A stretch of 63,819 nt of DNA, counting the filler, from Octopus bimaculoides (lineage: Eukaryota): NCBI RefSeq assembly GCF_001194135.2. It is 4 parts of 4 records of this genome, joined end to end, with 100 filler letters (N's around TTAATTAATTAA, not from the genome) between each part and the next. Parts side by side here need not be neighbours in the genome. Positions count along the whole stretch, not along the records: positions 62,632 to 63,819 come from NW_026405716.1; 3 more parts are not named here. One strand, given 5' to 3'. Positions within the stretch are counted from its first letter, which is position 1, and each line of letters opens with the position of its first letter. Shown in pieces: positions 63,010 to 63,819 of this stretch. A program made the translations under genes and the position numbers. The notes beneath the pieces were generated by a model. The model saw nothing but the letters and a program-made list of their open reading frames with translations, was not told the DNA's origin and ran no database searches.

Positions 63010-63249
63010 TATTTCTTTACTACCCACAAGGGGCTACACACAGAGGGGACAAACAAAGACAGACAAACGGATTAAGTCGATTATATCGTCCCCAGTGCGT
63101 AACTGGTACTTATTTAATCGACCCCGAAAGGATGAAAGGCAAAGTTGACCTCGGCGGAATTTGAACTCAGAACGTAGCGGCAGACGAAATACCGCTAAGC
63201 ACTTCGCCCGGCGTGCTAACGTTTCTGCCAGCTCGCCGCCTTAGCTCGC
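63010..63249 (-). mobile_element. SINE family A (type 1), CpG-intact, 15-bp TSD
   Basis: TSD TGCCTATACATGTGT at 62995-63009 and 63250-63264. Confidence 0.93.
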
Positions 63250-63819
63250 TGCCTATACATGTGTGAGATTGCATGTGTGTGCATGTGAGTGTGTGTATGT
63301 GTCTGTATGTGTGTTTATGAGTGAGTAACTGTGTGTTTGTATGTGTGTATGTGTGCATATGTATTCATGCAAAAAGAGATCATTTTGCTGTCAACAAAGG
63401 CGGGGATGCTTCAAATTTATTCCAATTCCTTTGAAGTCAAGCCATTATACAACCATCATTACTCCTGCTCTCTGTATTGTGTCAACGTAGCTAACAAGGA
63501 TATACAATATGGCCATCAACAAGCGATCATTTGTCATATAAACTTGAAATGGTAACTATGCCAATCATCCCTTCCCTTAGATCATAAAAAATGCAGGTAA
63601 ATTGAAATGAATTGAAATTAAGCAGCACAAATTAGACTAAAAGCAATTTACCATTTTCTAAACCATGGCTCTTACTAAATAGAAGAAAAAATAAAAGAAA
63701 AACTTAGAATTATTTAATACAATACAGAAGAGAGAAATAATATATTTCATTGTAAATAGATACGCGTTTATCAGTTTATTAATTTCACTTACTAATGATG
63801 CTGCAGTCATACGTATAAA

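Overview
AT-rich, microsatellite-dense, gapped eukaryotic genomic DNA. It is most likely from an octopus (coleoid cephalopod), judged from recalled tRNA-derived SINE families; no database search was run. No long intact ORF, rRNA/tRNA gene or CRISPR array is visible, and most ORFs in the supplied track come from microsatellites or N gaps. The left ~29 kb retains CpG and holds decayed transposons: a hAT Buster/Charlie transposase, a Penelope-like GIY-YIG endonuclease, CR1-type RT, mariners, an R4/Dong-like RLE endonuclease ending in (TAA)n, and many SINEs. From ~29 to ~62 kb the DNA looks CpG-depleted. That stretch contains a candidate minus-strand protein-coding gene made mostly of 14-55 nt exons with a 117-nt terminal coding exon (DLRYELRRMLVHSSTLMFADLAMSLAEFCWEELYEIQP*); I cannot name the product or fix the full exon chain. 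The most notable observations are four minimal type I hammerhead-ribozyme motifs of the kind known from Penelope-like elements (one in sense orientation in the candidate gene's intron), the micro-exon gene, a SINE-SINE junction recurring at three loci, a chimeric R4-type endonuclease fragment, and two perfect hairpins. All coordinates and folds were worked out by eye.
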